A DNA stretch of 64,000 bases from contig CP142737.1 of assembly GCA_036630325.1 (NCBI GenBank), forward strand, positions 682,001 to 746,000. The letters run 5' to 3'. The notes under the pieces are model-generated. The model had not been told where the DNA came from. It was given only the letters and a program-made list of their open reading frames with translations, and ran no database searches. This DNA is from Vairimorpha necatrix. Taxonomy: Eukaryota. A program made the translations under genes and the position numbers. Positions 49,574-64,000 of this stretch are shown here, piece after piece. How positions within the stretch are numbered: the first letter of the stretch is position 1; every line of letters starts with the position of its first letter.

Positions 49574-51046
49574 AGTTAAGTTGCGATGTTACCACCCCAC
49601 CCCCCTAAAAAAATAAAAAAAAGACAAAACTAAAATTTATTCAATCAATTCAAAATCAAATTCGGGCGCTAAATCGTAATTTAAAAATGATATATTATCA
49701 ATCTCAAAAAAGCATAACATTCTTTCAAGTAGTGATTCAATATGAATTAACTTAAAACGAGCTATATAAAGTTTTCGAATGAGATTCTTTAAAGAACCAT
49801 GGCTTGTTCCTTCTTTGCGCAATTCCCTTTTAGTTACAGACCACATTCCCTCAATTGTTTGGGTGTGGGCGCCAGTTGTTGGATTTACAAAATTTTGGCT
49901 ATGATTTACAGTTAAATGTAAATAGCTATAATCCGGACATAGTTCCGAGAACCCTTCATAACCCCGCCAACAATCAGTAATAATTGTAGATCCGGGTGCG
50001 ATTTTTCGTTTTATTAATTCGACGAGAGTATTTCTTGATCGATTTTTAACAATTGCGAAAAAAAAGAATTGCTGTCTCCTCTTACAACTCCACCAACAGC
50101 CCAAACTTGGTATTGAAGGATTCTACCGTTATGGCTTTTACTTTTAACAAGCAATATCTCGTCTATTTCAACTACGCAATTTAGACCTCCTTTGGTTTTG
50201 TTTTGAAGGTAGTTGAAATAGGATAAGAATACAGCGTTATTAAAACGAGAAAACCAGCGAGATACGGCACTACTATCTATATCCAATTCGATAGTAGCCG
50301 AAACATTGCTTACCCCTTTAACCCATTCACACAGCAAAATTAAAAGATCTTCGATATCCAATCTAGAACTTTTAAATGCTTTCTTTGTAAATGTTACCTT
50401 TGTTTAACCATTTTCTCCCATTTCGTCGTAAGTAACAACGATATTTGTCCAAATTATTTTTAATTTTGGTCATGGGTTTTATGCACTAATTGCACATCGA
50501 TACCCTTAATATATTTTTTTCAAGAAGAAATATAAATAATTCCTCTTTTTTATATATTAGTTTTCATAAAATTTTTGAAGTTCATTTTAGGGGTATAATT
50601 TTATTCCTTTTTTATTTTTTCCCCTTTTTTTATTTCCCCCCTTTTTTTTATTTTTTTAGGGGGGGTAACATCACAACTTAACCCTTAATAGCCTGATTTA
50701 CGAAAAAGTTTTTTTTTATATAACTGTATTTGCTTGATGGTCTAGATGAAGGGAAAAATAGCTAAAAAAATCACAATATTTATTTTACATATTTATTTAG
50801 AACAAAAAACAGGTCTCAATTTTGATACTTCAGGCATTAACCCTTAATAACAGAGAGTTTCAATTTTAAAACAAATCTTTTAAACCGAATGTTCACATTA
50901 CTATTCGTTTTTTTATGGGTTGGCTGTACGTATTTTACTGTTGTTTAATATTTTTCAACGTAATTAAAAAAAACGAATAGTAATGTGAACATTCGGTTTA
51001 AAAGATTGGCATCAAATTTGAAACTCTAGATTATTAAGGGTAAACC
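49574..51046 (-). mobile_element. Second Merlin copy, frameshifted, with MITEs inserted in its terminal repeat
   Basis: Closely similar to 8102-9310; transposase split into 49637-50104 and 50014-50361; near-match 8-bp TSD aattcttg (49566-49573) / aattctta (51047-51054). Confidence 0.9.
50682..51040. mobile_element. piggyBac-type MITEs (50682-50840 and palindromic 50841-51040)
   Basis: TTAA|CCCTTAAT starts and ATTAAGGG end; ~40-bp inverted repeat 50875-50914 / 50966-51007. Confidence 0.75.
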
Positions 51047-53399
51047 AATTCTTATCCTCTACGATTTTATTTACACCATCTGTTGTTACAGATATTCTAT
51101 ATTTCCATCGGGGGTTTTTTACTGGGGGCATGATTGCATCATGGCCAGGTTGTCTTTTTATATAACCTGAATTTAGTAGCTTTGTAAATGGTTTTTAGTT
51201 ACCTTCTATGTCAAATTTGGCATATTTCTTTTTTTAATATTGACTTAGGTCCCTTCTTTTGTATTTATTGTGGTTATTATTTTATTAGAACCTTCTGATG
51301 GTTCATATTAAAGACTTTTCAACATTCTTCCCAAGTTCACCTATCTCATGTTTCAATTTTTTTACATTTACAATAAATGGGTTATTAATCAAAAGAGGAA
51401 CTAATTATTGGTCATAATGTTGATGTTGGTCGTTATTTGGATGTTATATAAGTTGCAAATATTTCTACGTATTCCGTTAAAATGTTTTCTTTTCCAAAAA
51501 TATTTGTTACAGTATTCACTTTTATTTTGTTGTTAAGAAATCTCTTTTCTTCTACCAGCTTCCTACTACAAAAATTATAATTACTTCCTATATCTACTAC
51601 TGCATTAATTTTATCGCATGCAATACATACTTTCGTTGTCTTGACTTCTCCTAGTGGTGATGGAGAATTTAATTAAATTTTTTTTGAATACATTTTAGAT
51701 CTTCTTCCAAGAGATATTTGTTAATTCTTTTCTGCTTAATGCTAAACCTATGGAATTTTCATTTTTTATAATTTTCTTTTTTTCATTATGTATTCTCTCC
51801 TCCTTAATAATTCTATCTTATATAAGTAATCCTTGTATAGAGACTGGTTATAAAAGTAGCCTCTAAATGTTATAAATTCCTTTATAATTAAAAATGCCCT
51901 TAAATTTTTTAATTGGCGATCTCTTCCTCATACCCAAATCATTAGCAATAGTTATAATTCTTGCTAATCATTCACTCACTGGTTCATTTAACTTTTGTCT
52001 AGCTTCTAGTAATTTAAAAAGTGTAATTTTTCTTTGTCATTTTTTTCAATTGCCCTTTTAGTTAACTTCAATTTACGTTTATAGATTTTTCTATTTGTGT
52101 AAGTAGTATTTGGGCCTCCCTCTCAAAAATCATAAGAAGATTGAAATCTTCTTTTTGTCTTGGATAATATTATGGGGTTATACTGTAACTTCAAATATTT
52201 CAGGTCTGCCTTGGCCTTAACAATTCTGAATGTTAATCCTTTCATTTCCAGTTCCGTACCAGTGCCATGTTGAGGGAGTATACAAGCGAAAGAGGTTTAT
52301 TTATTATATAGTATTGTTAAAGATAATTGTAAGTTAAGGGTTAAATTTATTAAATATATATTTTCAACATCCCCTCGCTAAATTTAGAATTGGGCGATGA
52401 AATTATTTTTACTACTTCCTACGCCTACTACTTGGCTCTCATAATTAAATTGCATTTTTATGTTAACTGACCATGGGCTGCGCTTTACTCCATCGCGTCT
52501 TACTATCCCTTCTAGTACTGGTCTTCGCGGTACTTTTTTTCCCTGTTATAATACATAAAGTCTATGGGCATGTGATTATTCTTTACACATGTCTTCTCAA
52601 CAATGGAATCGAAATTTCCCCGCCTATATCATTCTTCGACTACAACACAATTTCTTTTTGATTTTCTTCTCTTTTATATCTCTCTGGATTTTTGAACATT
52701 GGTGGTTCAGCTATCTTGCCACGATAGCTTTAATGTGAATAATGGGATTACCACTACACTCAATCTCGACAATTCTTATGCCAGATCTTATTACAGTCAA
52801 TACTGTTTCTCCATAACTCTTCATAGCTACTCTACGTCTTCACCTATCCGGGTTCCTCGAACGATGCAGCCATCACCTTCTCTTCTGTTAGACAACCAAC
52901 CATCCCCATTCTAACCTAAACTGCATTTTTTTACGTCTCATGCCTTGACGTAACTTACAACCTCTTTTTTTGTTTTTGTTTAAATTCAATAATTTTATTC
53001 TAAACCACGCTAAAGATAATTGTAAGTTAAGGGTTAATTTTATTAAATATATATTCTCAACACAGTTGATTAAATTGTAACTGGCTCTACTTTTAATCCA
53101 TTCAATCTTTCTCTCGTCATCCATATTCTTAAGGAATAATAACAACTCAAGTCTTCGTATCTTATTTACAATGTTAACTTCAAATCTTTTTATATGGGTT
53201 TTAACTCATCCTTCACCATGTTAATATGTTAATTGTTGTTATTCATCCAAAAAATCCGAGGGTACATATACAATATTTAAACTTGTAAAAACACATGCGA
53301 AGAAAGATAAAGAACATAATTATATAAAGAACGAATTGTTGCGTTTTTAAAAACTTTGGGTCTAAATTATTAATAGTAAAGTCTAATATAAAAATTGGA

Positions 53400-55485
53400 T
53401 GAAGTTATATCATTAAGAGTTAGTGTGAATAGTGATTATAGAATAATCTAAAATTAAATGTGATGAAGTATTAATATATAAAATACCAGAAAATGTTAAC
53501 GAGCTACGTAAATTTTAATTTTGCCAGGATGTTGTAGAAAGTTTTTAGGAAATTATGTTATGATGACAATAGCGCTTACGCCCCCACTGAAAAATAGAAG
53601 AAACGGGATTGGACTGAATAAACAAAATGCATATTAAATGAATTGGAGGGCGAATTGAAAAATATGAAAGAGTGAAAATTTTTTGATTATACAGGGTATT
53701 CCGCCCGAGAACTGATGCTGCAGATGCGTAAATTTGTGCAATATAATTACAAACAAAAAAAGAAGGTAAATGGGAACCTATTCAGTGGGCTTCTAAAAAT
53801 TTGAGACCACCAAAAAGAAAATACGGTGTTTTAAAAAAGAAATGTTAAAGGGGGGGGGGTTAGAAAAGGTTAAATAAGAATAAGAGGTAGAAAATTTGAA
53901 CTACAGAAAGATCATAAATTTTAGCTGTAATCAAATCTAAAAATTGTTTTAATAATAAAATAATCCGCTAAATGTGAAACTTCTAGATAACAACCTTACA
54001 TTTAAAACATTCATAGATGAATCAATGACGGGGAAATTCTTAAGCAAACAATTTAACTATGAAGCTAATAAATAAAATAAAAGATTATTGTCGATATTTA
54101 ATAGTTTATTAGATTTTTCGTCTCTTCCTCCCATCTTGCTTGGGGGTAAAATATTTAAGTTTAAAATATTAAAATATTGATAAATGTCAAACATGTCAGA
54201 TAATAGAAGCCCTTGAGCTTCTACGACAATTATAATAAAACAAATTTTAGGTAAAGAAGTCAAAAATATTAAAGAAGTAAATGAAATAAATTTGTGGGAA
54301 TATCATCTGAACAAATAACGATAGTCTCAACTTGGAAACAGGAGATGAGTTAATTAATAATAAACATTCGGAGCTCAATCACAGATGAATAAATGGTACT
54401 TCTCATGAGTTTAAAAGAAATGCATTTGTTGGGATAAAAACATGGGTTTAATTATTATAAAATATTTAAAGAAACGACATGTCAAATATGTCAAAACAAT
54501 GACACCATATATTTGACATGTGTAGCACTTCTTACAGCATTAATTAGATATGCAAGAAAACACAAATAATATATTGAGAGCATGCGAAACGTACAGGCAG
54601 ATTTACGGAAAAAACGGAGGAAAGTTAGAGTTTTTGACACCACAAGAACAGCAGAAAACTTTAGTATTAATATCATGGGAATAGGAGATTTAAAAACCAA
54701 TGTTCTTATAGGAATTTTCTTTTATACGTGCTATGCGTATAATACCGTGTTTGATAGAAGAATTAGTAGTAATGTAGTAAAGACAATGGAAAACTGGTTT
54801 AAAGGTGGGGAGGGGTGTACCTGAGGAGATAATTAGTTTATGTAAAAAGCATTTATTAGTTTAGAATTTGAAAGATTTTGTAGTGTTAATAAGATATGAT
54901 ATCAAAAGAATAAGGTTGAAAGTCATGATAGCAATGGAAGAAATGTTTAACAGAGCTGTGCGAGAATATATACTTATGTAAACTTAAGGTAAAAAAAAGA
55001 AATTGAAAACGCAAAAATGTATATAACATAACGAACCACAGTGGGTAAAATGTAGTCAAACAATAAAATGGGGAATGTACAGTTTCGAAAAGCCATGAAT
55101 GCAAAATTAAAGGTTGTGAGTATTAAAAAAGTTTAAGAAGAGATTAAAAAAAGACTTGTAGCGTGAGATGAGATTCTTGTAGCGAAGAGAGAATGTTTAT
55201 CAGGCGAATAAAGATGATAAAGGAAGATAGATGAACAATTCAGTGAAAATAGAAGATGACAATGATGCGTATTTATAAGGTACTAGGATTGTACAGAAAG
55301 AAATAGTAGAAATTTAGTTTTATAAGGTCTGTGTTAAAACACAAAAAGGTTGTAAGGTAAATGTCGATGAGCTAACCGTCTTGAGATGGGGATGTGGGGT
55401 TTAACCACAAAATATACAGGTAAACATTAATAACAAAATTCAACTCTGTATTCTGTCAGGCGAACCACCCGAGTTTATTTCAACA
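53400..55485 (+). mobile_element. Highly decayed gypsy remnants
   Basis: RNase H-like TDAAD..WEPIQWASK near 53710-53800; purine tract plus TGT..ACA segment 55393-55485. Confidence 0.45.
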
Positions 55486-57153
55486 TGTGTAAAGTAGACT
55501 AAGTCCTTATACAAGAAAATTGCACGAAATTTTTATAAGGGTAGACAAAACAAAGAAAATTTCTATGGGAAGCCAATCTACAGAAGATCTTTGGGCCGAA
55601 ATGATGTTTGTAAAAAAAACATAATAGCTAACAAAAAAGAATAAAAATGTAGGGTATATTAATAATAACAAACATTATAAAATTACAGTACCACCGACAG
55701 TTTAATATATCTCAATGTTAAAATTATAATGTTGTGGCAGTATAAATTTTAGATCCTTCTGTATCGCCTCATGAAAACATTCTAAAAAACTAACTTTCCT
55801 CGATCTACTAATTCGCCACTGACAGTGCCGCATACTAATTAGACACAGTTAGTTTGTTTTTAAAGATCTGTTATCATGTAGACTATCAAAAGAGGACGAA
55901 CAATCAGGGGTTTAAAATAAGGCCAATTGTAGCTGAATTAGCAATATGAATCTTTAAACTACAATTGGGTTAACTATGTAATGTAATCGCAGAGAGTACT
56001 AATTTGTTACGTCTTTCGTAGGGAAACCCTTAGGCAGAATTTTCTTATATAGATTCTGTAAATAGAACCTAAAAAGCTTGTACAACAAAAAAAACTTGTC
56101 TCAAATACCTCAAATTACAATTTTTTTAAATGTAAGTCGTTTTGATACCTTTTATATGTAAAATGGACTTTTGTGCATTTTTAAGGCAATTTTGTTGTCA
56201 ATTGTTGTGTCAACTCCTAAAAATTTATTTTTCACATAAATGCTGTCGGAATCGAACTAAGACAAAAAATGTTTAAACATTTCTTTGTTTTCATCCCAAA
56301 AGTGCACAATTTTTTATTATCGGCGCATCTATAAGTAAAAAACAACGAAACTGTCAAAAATATTTTTATATACGCTGTACCATTAATTGTTTTTTATAAT
56401 TTTTGATATGATCGATTTGTATTGGAAATTTTCTAAAACTTTTAAAAGGCAATTTTTAATTTTATGTTGTAATTTCTAAAGCAATTTATTTTTTCGCATT
56501 ATAATGTCGCACACTGGTATATCGTAATTGACTGAGAATGTAAAACTAAAAGAAAATGTTGTAAATTCTTTTGTAAATAAAAATATATTTTAAATACTTT
56601 CAGAAAAAAAGTCTGTTAATATAATAAAAAATAGCAGATTTTTCAGTAGGTCTATGTCTTTCTAGTAATTTCCATAAATAATAATAATAAATTCTCAACC
56701 AGGACTTTAAATGAATGCTAGGATCTAGTTGTTCATAATGTTTATCAAAGAATGTGATTGTGGTAAAATATAATTGTTGATGTTGCATGTAAAATTAATC
56801 AAGCATTCACTAAAGCTTCAATTGTCTTTTAACAGTAAGACATCACATTTTAAAAGATTGATTTGATTAATAACAATGGCGATAACTAGCTTATTTATTT
56901 TTTTGGTTATAAGGGATATTTAATGCAGTTGAATTATAAGCAAAGTCTTGAAGAATCTTTTTTACAAATAATTTAAGTTGTAATTAGCTAAAAGTTGTTA
57001 TTAAAATTACTTATATCAATTGTAAATTTGCGTAAGTATCTCACAAATTATTTATTTGACAAAAAATACAGCTATGGTCCAAAACTAATGAGTGATATGA
57101 TTTTTTGCTAAAAATTGATATTAGACTTTACTATGGCTTATTTTAACATACTT

Positions 57154-57801
57154 TTATTTAAATCTTTTTCCTATAATACTTTCTTTCATAACTTCAGAAA
57201 ATTCTATCCAGGCACTGAATACTCCGAAGAAAAAATATAAAAAGAATATAGGAAACACGAGTTCAATATTCATTTCTAAATTTTTCATATCTTTGACTTC
57301 TTCGTCGTATTCTTCCCCGCTAAATTTTATGCCCATAAATATATCTCTTGCATGTTTCATAAAAAATTGAATCTTAGGTGGAATATTAACGACGAAACTC
57401 AATTTATATTTAGCCCAATCGGTTTCGTATTTAATATGTTCCTGAAAATAATCATAAAGATCTCCTTCTAAAGGTATAGTATACCTGTGGTCAAACCCCT
57501 TTAAACATTGTTCCAAATTTGCTATATGCTTTTTTAGCATTTCTTTCTTAATATTTGGTCTCCTGGCTGTTTTTACAGTAAAAAGAAAAAGGCATAAAGT
57601 ATCCATTTGTTGGGATGATATGTCATGTCTTTTAAATATCATTTTAAATTGACATTTATGCAAAATATGATAATTACATCTGTCAGAAATATGATCATAA
57701 GGATATAGTTATTTATGAAAAGTATAATAGTATATTCTAAAATCAAAAGTAATATCTACACAATGATGGCGAAAACAATGATTAGATACATAATATTTCA
57801 T
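57154..57801 (-). pseudogene. Probable host gene or pseudogene of unknown function, hydrophobic C-terminus
   Basis: 169-aa open frame lacking an ATG at its start; the same frame extends to an upstream ATG across one TAA. Confidence 0.35.
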
Positions 57802-59989
57802 TACATTTATATATGTATCTAAGTCTTATCAAGTTTACGTTCCTACATTCAATTTTTATTATTTTTTAATTCTTGATGTGCTGCTCTAAATTATTTCACA
57901 ATAGTTTAAAATCATTACAATGATGTTTTTTTACTCATCGTCACGTTTGTATTTAATCAAAAAGTGTTCTTGTAAAAAAAAATCAAATTACTTGATACCA
58001 TTATACAACATTTTCTTAGTTATATAAAATTGATTGCAAAAAATCGTAGTTTTGGCTTTATAATGCCTATTTAGATGATAATGTATTATAATTTATAGCT
58101 TTCGAACGACTGAAGGTAAAATCTTAAACTTAATTACAACCAAACGTTTATATAATATTAACATTCTCTAGACCTCCAATTTCTTTGTAATTCTAAAATG
58201 ACGGTATGCTTGACACAATTTATACGATAATGTTGATTTTATGCAAATTTTATTGAATTTTCTAGTATGAGATGAAAATGAACCTCACATAAGGAACATA
58301 AAATTCTATAATTAAAGCCAAACAAATATACGGTATAAAAATTTTTAAATTTTTTTAACTTGCCTAGACGCATGTTTTAAGATACCACTAGACTTGGCTA
58401 CATAAATTGATCGTTGTTTATCTATATAGGTTTCTGATGTGATTAAGAGCATATAAATTTTTAAGCACAATTTATATGCAGAATTGACATCCTCTTTTTT
58501 TTTAACTACATGTTTTCACTAACAACTCTGCATTTAGAGTACTTTTTTTTGCAGTCACAACATCACGATCATTTTGTAAAGGATACTATCTGTATAACAC
58601 ATGTTTTATTAAACTTACGCACTACAAATGTGCATATAATACTCGAGTCTTCCCATTTTAGGCAGTTGTCATAGGCACCTAACAGAGTCTTAGAATAAAA
58701 CTAAACACAAAGTAATTTTATACACTAGACCGTTTTTTAGTATTTTAATTAGTCTCAATGTAAATAATTATTAATTGTGAGACGTTTTTTAGACGTAAAT
58801 CTTGCGTATATGCAAGTCACATAATTTTATGATTTAACTTAATAATATTTGTAAACAGTTTCTTTTAATAAGGTTTTTTTTAAACATCATATAAAAATCT
58901 AAAAAATACTCATCAGAATATTAAACAGCTTTTTACGCTCATTCTTACTTTCGCATACGTAGCCACGAGTCTAGCAATATTCAATTTATCTTTGTTGATC
59001 ATATTTTTACCTCGATTACAAAGACGAACTACTTAGGTGGTTTCAGCACATTGCAAAGATGCATTGAGGTCAAGATTGACATTCACAATCCGTATTCTTT
59101 AACCATTTTGTTACAGCCCTATTTTATGTCAAAACACAAAGATCTATTTTTTCTGGGATATGCAGTTAATAAATTGTATTTTTCTAAAAAAAAAACTTCT
59201 TCAGATTTTTATTTTTTGCTATTTTTTTCTCTGGTTTTTTACAAGCATTTCGACAATGTTTCTCTTTTATCTTAGTAAACACAATGATATTTGCTTATGT
59301 ATTGTGTATTTATTTCAAAAGAAATGTTTTTGGTAGTTTTATATTGGCTCAAGCATTTTCAATGCTTCTTAAAACATTGTTAATTATCCTTTTGAGGCCA
59401 TATTTATTATGTAGTAGAAAATAAATATAATAACTAAAATGTCTTTTTGTATAACTAAACCTAACATTAAACCACTTATATAGGATTTGCAGGGTTCTGG
59501 TTCTACTATTCAAGCAACCCGATTCGTGCGCCAAGTTTCGACATAAAAAAAATTTAATATTAAGCAACCGTTTTTATCAGGCAACGAAAAACTTACATTC
59601 CCGATTTACGACATGTACTCGTTTCTTTATGTAACGTTAAGAGCCCAACCCTGTATTTATAATAAGATTTACTATAAATAAAATACTATAGACGCAATAC
59701 ATATAAAAGAAGAGACAACAGATGAAAGGGATTTTAACACAAAAAAGCACACAATCGGCCACCAATCATATCATAAAGTGTGGTACCCTCTAGTAAGGAA
59801 GCCAAAAGAAAATATTACAAAAATAGGGATCGAAAGTAAGTTTGTGTTTTAACTGTTTTATTTATGTTGGATCATTTTTTATGGTTCCCATATTAGTTGT
59901 ATTGTCATATTGATGTTTTCTGTCCTTTCCATTTTATTGTATCCTTCTTTAAATATTTTTTTATTAATAAAAAAATAATTTCTAGAAAA

Positions 59990-62900
59990 TGGAAAAATGA
60001 GGGTAAAGAGAGAGCAGGAGAAAAAAACCAACAAAAATTTAATACAAACCTCCGAAGCAAACGGGGACAAATTAGAACAGGAAACAAAGAGCAGGGGCCA
60101 GAACACACTAGTGGGCCACTCTCTCCACTTCTGAGACTCTTGCAACAGTACTTGTGAGTACCGAGGCGAGTGAAGAAGAGTGGCCACAAAGAGTATTTCT
60201 ATCAATTTTAAATAGATTTGGTAGAATGCCAAGAGGAGGGTGGAATAAAGCTACCAGGTTCTTCTGTAAAAAATTTGGGTCTAACATGAGTTCACTAGAA
60301 TTCAAGGGCAAAGCGAAGAAAGCGCTCACTAGTAATAGTGGTAGACAAATGACGGCCCGGGAATTCACAGTGAACCCTACCAAAAGAAGAAAAGCCGAAA
60401 CTGTCTCGAAAGAAGAGAATAGTTTTTTTGAAACCGAGCTTTTCCTGAAAGCACAAATATTGTTCTTGGAGAAACTTAGTTGTATTCGGAACACATGTGT
60501 GGACCAGGTAGAAAGAACAATAAAAATTCATTCCTTGAAGGTTGATCTGTTGAAACTTGATGCTACAGTCAAGGCGGTAGATAGTCATGTTAGATATCAT
60601 CCCTCTCATAACATGACAGAGATAAAAAGGATACTGCAAGCTGCACAGATCTGCCATCAGAAATTGCGAGTAAGAAGCATAAACCTTCGTCTTGGAAAGA
60701 AAGTATCTTGAAAAAGATTACTGAGATCGAAGACAAGGTAGTGCTTATCTAAAAAGCCAAGGCTTTTGATAAACTCTCAAATGAGATAGAGCGTGAAGTC
60801 AAAAAGGTAATGCGTGAACTCAACATGCTTGCATGTTTACACCAAGATACCCTGAAGCTATTGCTATACTCAACGAGAGGAAAGCCATATACTCAAAAAA
60901 ACTAGAGGGCGCAGACCGACGCAGAGAGTATAGGCGTTTAAAATCAAAACTTTGAACTATATAGAAGCAATTTCTATTGAAAACTCAAGTGTGCCAATGA
61001 GGTTACTCATAATGTAAGCAAAGAAGATATTAGCTCATTCTGGTCTACCATATGAAATAAGAAAGAGCAATCCGAAGACTGCAATAGTTTCGAGGAGTAT
61101 CTTCTAGAATACATTCCCGATAGCCAAGATCAGATCACTTTCCCAACCTTGCTTAAATTTGTAGATATTATTAAATATTTACCAAATTGGAAGGCTGCAC
61201 GCCGTGATGGAATCTTCAATTTCTTTATTAAGAAGTGTGAGCTCTACATCCTTTCTTTTACAAGATTGTTAAGGAAGTATGCCCGGATGGGGAAGAACCC
61301 GAAGCTTGGTTCTACAAAGGGATTACTTATTTAATACCCAAAAGTACCTCGAATAGTGGTAACGACTTCAGACCTATTACCTGTATGTCGAATCTCTACA
61401 AGCTTACAACGAAATGCACTGCGAAAGTAATGCAGCTAATTGTAGAAAGTAGAGGGCTACTAGCAGAGAACCAACTTGGGGCAGTTAGACAAGTTTAAGG
61501 AGCAAAAGAACAAGCTATGATTAATATAGCAGTTAATAAGGAGCATGATAACATGTTGAAGCCATGTGGATAGATGTAAGGAAAGCCTACGACTCCGTAG
61601 ACCATTATTATCTATTAACGTGCATTAGCAAGTTAAATCTCCCCCAATGAATAAGTAAATTCTTAGAAGTCACTGTTAAAAGATGACACGTTGAGATAAA
61701 ATCAGGATCGGAAACGATACTGAATAAGAAGATTGAAAAGGGCATACTACAAGGTGATTCCTTGTCGCCGCTTTTGTTTGTACTATGTATGGACCGTTGA
61801 GCAGGAAACTCTATTCAACTTACCCAAAAGTAGGAATACAGACTCACGAATTTGTTTATGTAACAAACCATCTTCTATTTATTGATGATCTTAAGCTCTT
61901 CGCAGAGAACGATGACGTTTTAAAACTGATGAAAGAGGAAACTAAAAAGGGTTTCTCATCTGTAGATTTAGAAATGAACAGAAGTAAGTCTGCAACTAAC
62001 TGTAGTGATTGTAGTGAAGATGCAGTAGTACTAGAAGGGCATCAAGGATACAAATACCTTTGAATAACAGAGGATGCCTCTAGTGCTGTCAAAAGAGAGA
62101 CTTTTGAAAAAGTAAGAAATGAGATCCTACAGAGGGTTGAAAAACTGTGCAAGACTCAATTAAATGGTAAGAATATGATTCGAGCTATAAACGAGCGTGC
62201 AATAATAGTAACAAACTATCATGTAGAATTAAAATTAGAACCAATAGATTTCAAAAATCTTGATTTTGATATCCGACTGGTATGTATTAAGTACAAGTTT
62301 TATCTACAGCCATTTTGCAAGGAAAGAACATGCATACTCTTATCCGAAAAAGAAAAACCCTTTATAATTATAAGAGAAAAGCGAAAATATGCTTCTGAAT
62401 ATTTATAAAACATTAGAGGGGTCTAGAAATAGCACACTAAGGCGGGCAGCGATACTTAAAGTAGAGGCGAAAGCAAATCCCACTTGTTTACAATTAACGA
62501 GCATCTAAGGATTAGGTATAGCTTTGTAGGAGAGATAACCCAGAAGATGCTAATCGAATTCCAAAATGAAGCGCGTTACAACAAAATTAACATAAGGACA
62601 AACCATGGAAAGTTGTCTGAAGCTAGGGACAATGATTTAGTAAGCTTTAGGGAGTTTCTACCTTTCTGGTTAAAGGAAACAATCAGGCTAGATTCGAAGC
62701 AATTTATTGCTTCCTACAGGATAAAAATATCTTCTGTGGACAAGAGGGGTAATGTCCATATTGCGGATCTCACAGGAAGACCGTATATCATTTAGCTACC
62801 AAGTGCGATCGAATGCTGGGTTTTGATTATATGAAAAGACACAATGAGGTAGTTAGATGCATTCATCTCTTACTATGTATTAAATATGGGGTTAAGAAGA

Positions 62901-63557
62901 CAAAGAAAATACGTGGACACTTAGTACAAGAGATCATGGAAAATGATCGTGCAGAAATAAGAGTAGATACTAGAATATTCACTAGTATAAAGGTGATCCA
63001 TGAGAAGCCATGATATTCTTGTGTTTGACAAGAATAAGAAAGAAATTTTAATAGTTGAAGTTGGTATAACCAACCAGGGTCGACTTACTATAGTTGAGAA
63101 TAAAAAACTAAGAAAATATGACCTTTTTGCAAATGAACTGGGACTAATACATAAATTCCGGACTAGAATAGTTCCTTATGTAATGACATGGGATGGAGTA
63201 GGGGCGAAATATCACAGAAAGTACATCAGGGAGCTAGAAATCCAACCCTACCTGGAAGCATACATCCAGTCTATTGTGATGAAGAAGACTCTAGAGTCCA
63301 TCTCTTTGGAACGACGACGAGGATACGATCAGGAGGATGCAGGAGAAGAAGAAGTGGCCAGAGCTGTAGCCGCACTAGCAAATATGGCGACTGTTAAAGA
63401 AATGGTGTCGGCAAAGGGGAATGAAGCTGAAAAAGTAAAGTTTGAAAACATTAATAATTCCACAGAAACCAAAGTCTATGAAGAGCTAAATCCCATGAGC
63501 GATACCGGGGAAAGCTGTGCTATAATATCTAATTTTAATGACAAATTAACTCAATAA
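59990..63557 (+). mobile_element. RLE-type non-LTR retrotransposon (R4/Dong-like), degenerate
   Basis: DFRPITCMSNLYK, WIDVRKAYDSV, GILQGDSLSPLLF, LFIDDLKL, KRHNEVV, (KP)DILVFD..IVEVG..KLRKYD restriction-like endonuclease; many stops and frameshifts. Confidence 0.88.
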
Positions 63558-64000
63558 ATCTTTTATATTATCTAGAAAATGCATTATTATGCAATCTTGA
63601 AATAAATTAAAAAAGAAAAGAAATTTAACAATTATGTGGTAGAATATCACATCAAGATAGCAAAAAGAAACGATAAACATCAACCCTATCATAACTGAAG
63701 GATTGGAAATCTTGACGACGCAATCGTGCTCTTAATTATGCTTCTAACATGGCTTATCGAGCGATATCAAATTCGTTCCACTTTTATAGCCATGCGTATC
63801 TTTTTTTGTAAGTAAAAGAAGATGAGGTTTTTTGATACAATGCAGAAGTTTTTATGTACAGAGTTTTCCTCTAACTGATATTCCAAGATCTTACCCATCT
63901 AAACATCATTTATAAATATAAAATATTTTATTTGGGCATAATAATATCTTACTTACTAAGCACTTTTCACAAGATGTCTTACACGTCTCGTCTTACAGTT

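Larger units (their letters stand above)
48140..53062 (-). mobile_element. Degenerate Ty3/gypsy with tandem LTR arrangement, interrupted by Merlin
   Basis: 102-bp LTR 52268-52369 with TGG-type PBS (52257-52267) and PPT (52370-52378); partial LTR copy 53011-53062; RT remnants (NYSIPKIND, YIDD) and integrase remnants; left boundary approximate. Confidence 0.7.

Noticed and set aside
59485-59655. Long-range stem and hammerhead-like words upstream of the R4-like element
   Set aside because: Core reads CUGAUAA, stem I has only 2 bp, and no HDV, SRP or RNase P consensus could be completed

Overview
AT-rich eukaryotic DNA from a microsporidian. The SSU rRNA is Vairimorpha/Nosema-type, and from memory its 5' end resembles V. 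necatrix (not verified by search). The window holds one minus-strand rDNA unit (SSU, ~36-nt ITS, LSU with fused 5.8S), two clear host genes (an EnP1-like endospore protein and a putative GPI-anchored surface protein) and many transposons: MULE, two Merlin copies, piggyBac-type MITEs, at least six Ty3/gypsy elements or remnants, an APE-type LINE and an RLE-type (R4/Dong-like) LINE. The main finding is a complete HDV/CPEB3-like double-pseudoknot ribozyme fold at 37155-37250 (-), whose predicted cleavage site lies at the apparent 3' end of the LSU rRNA. Downstream of it is a head-to-tail array of variably 5'-truncated structured repeats that re-duplicate the ribozyme's catalytic 3' half. The array is split by a LINE carrying three nested LTR elements. 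Three gypsy elements have a self-complementary 12-mer where a tRNA primer-binding site should be. All structures were paired by eye; nothing was computed.
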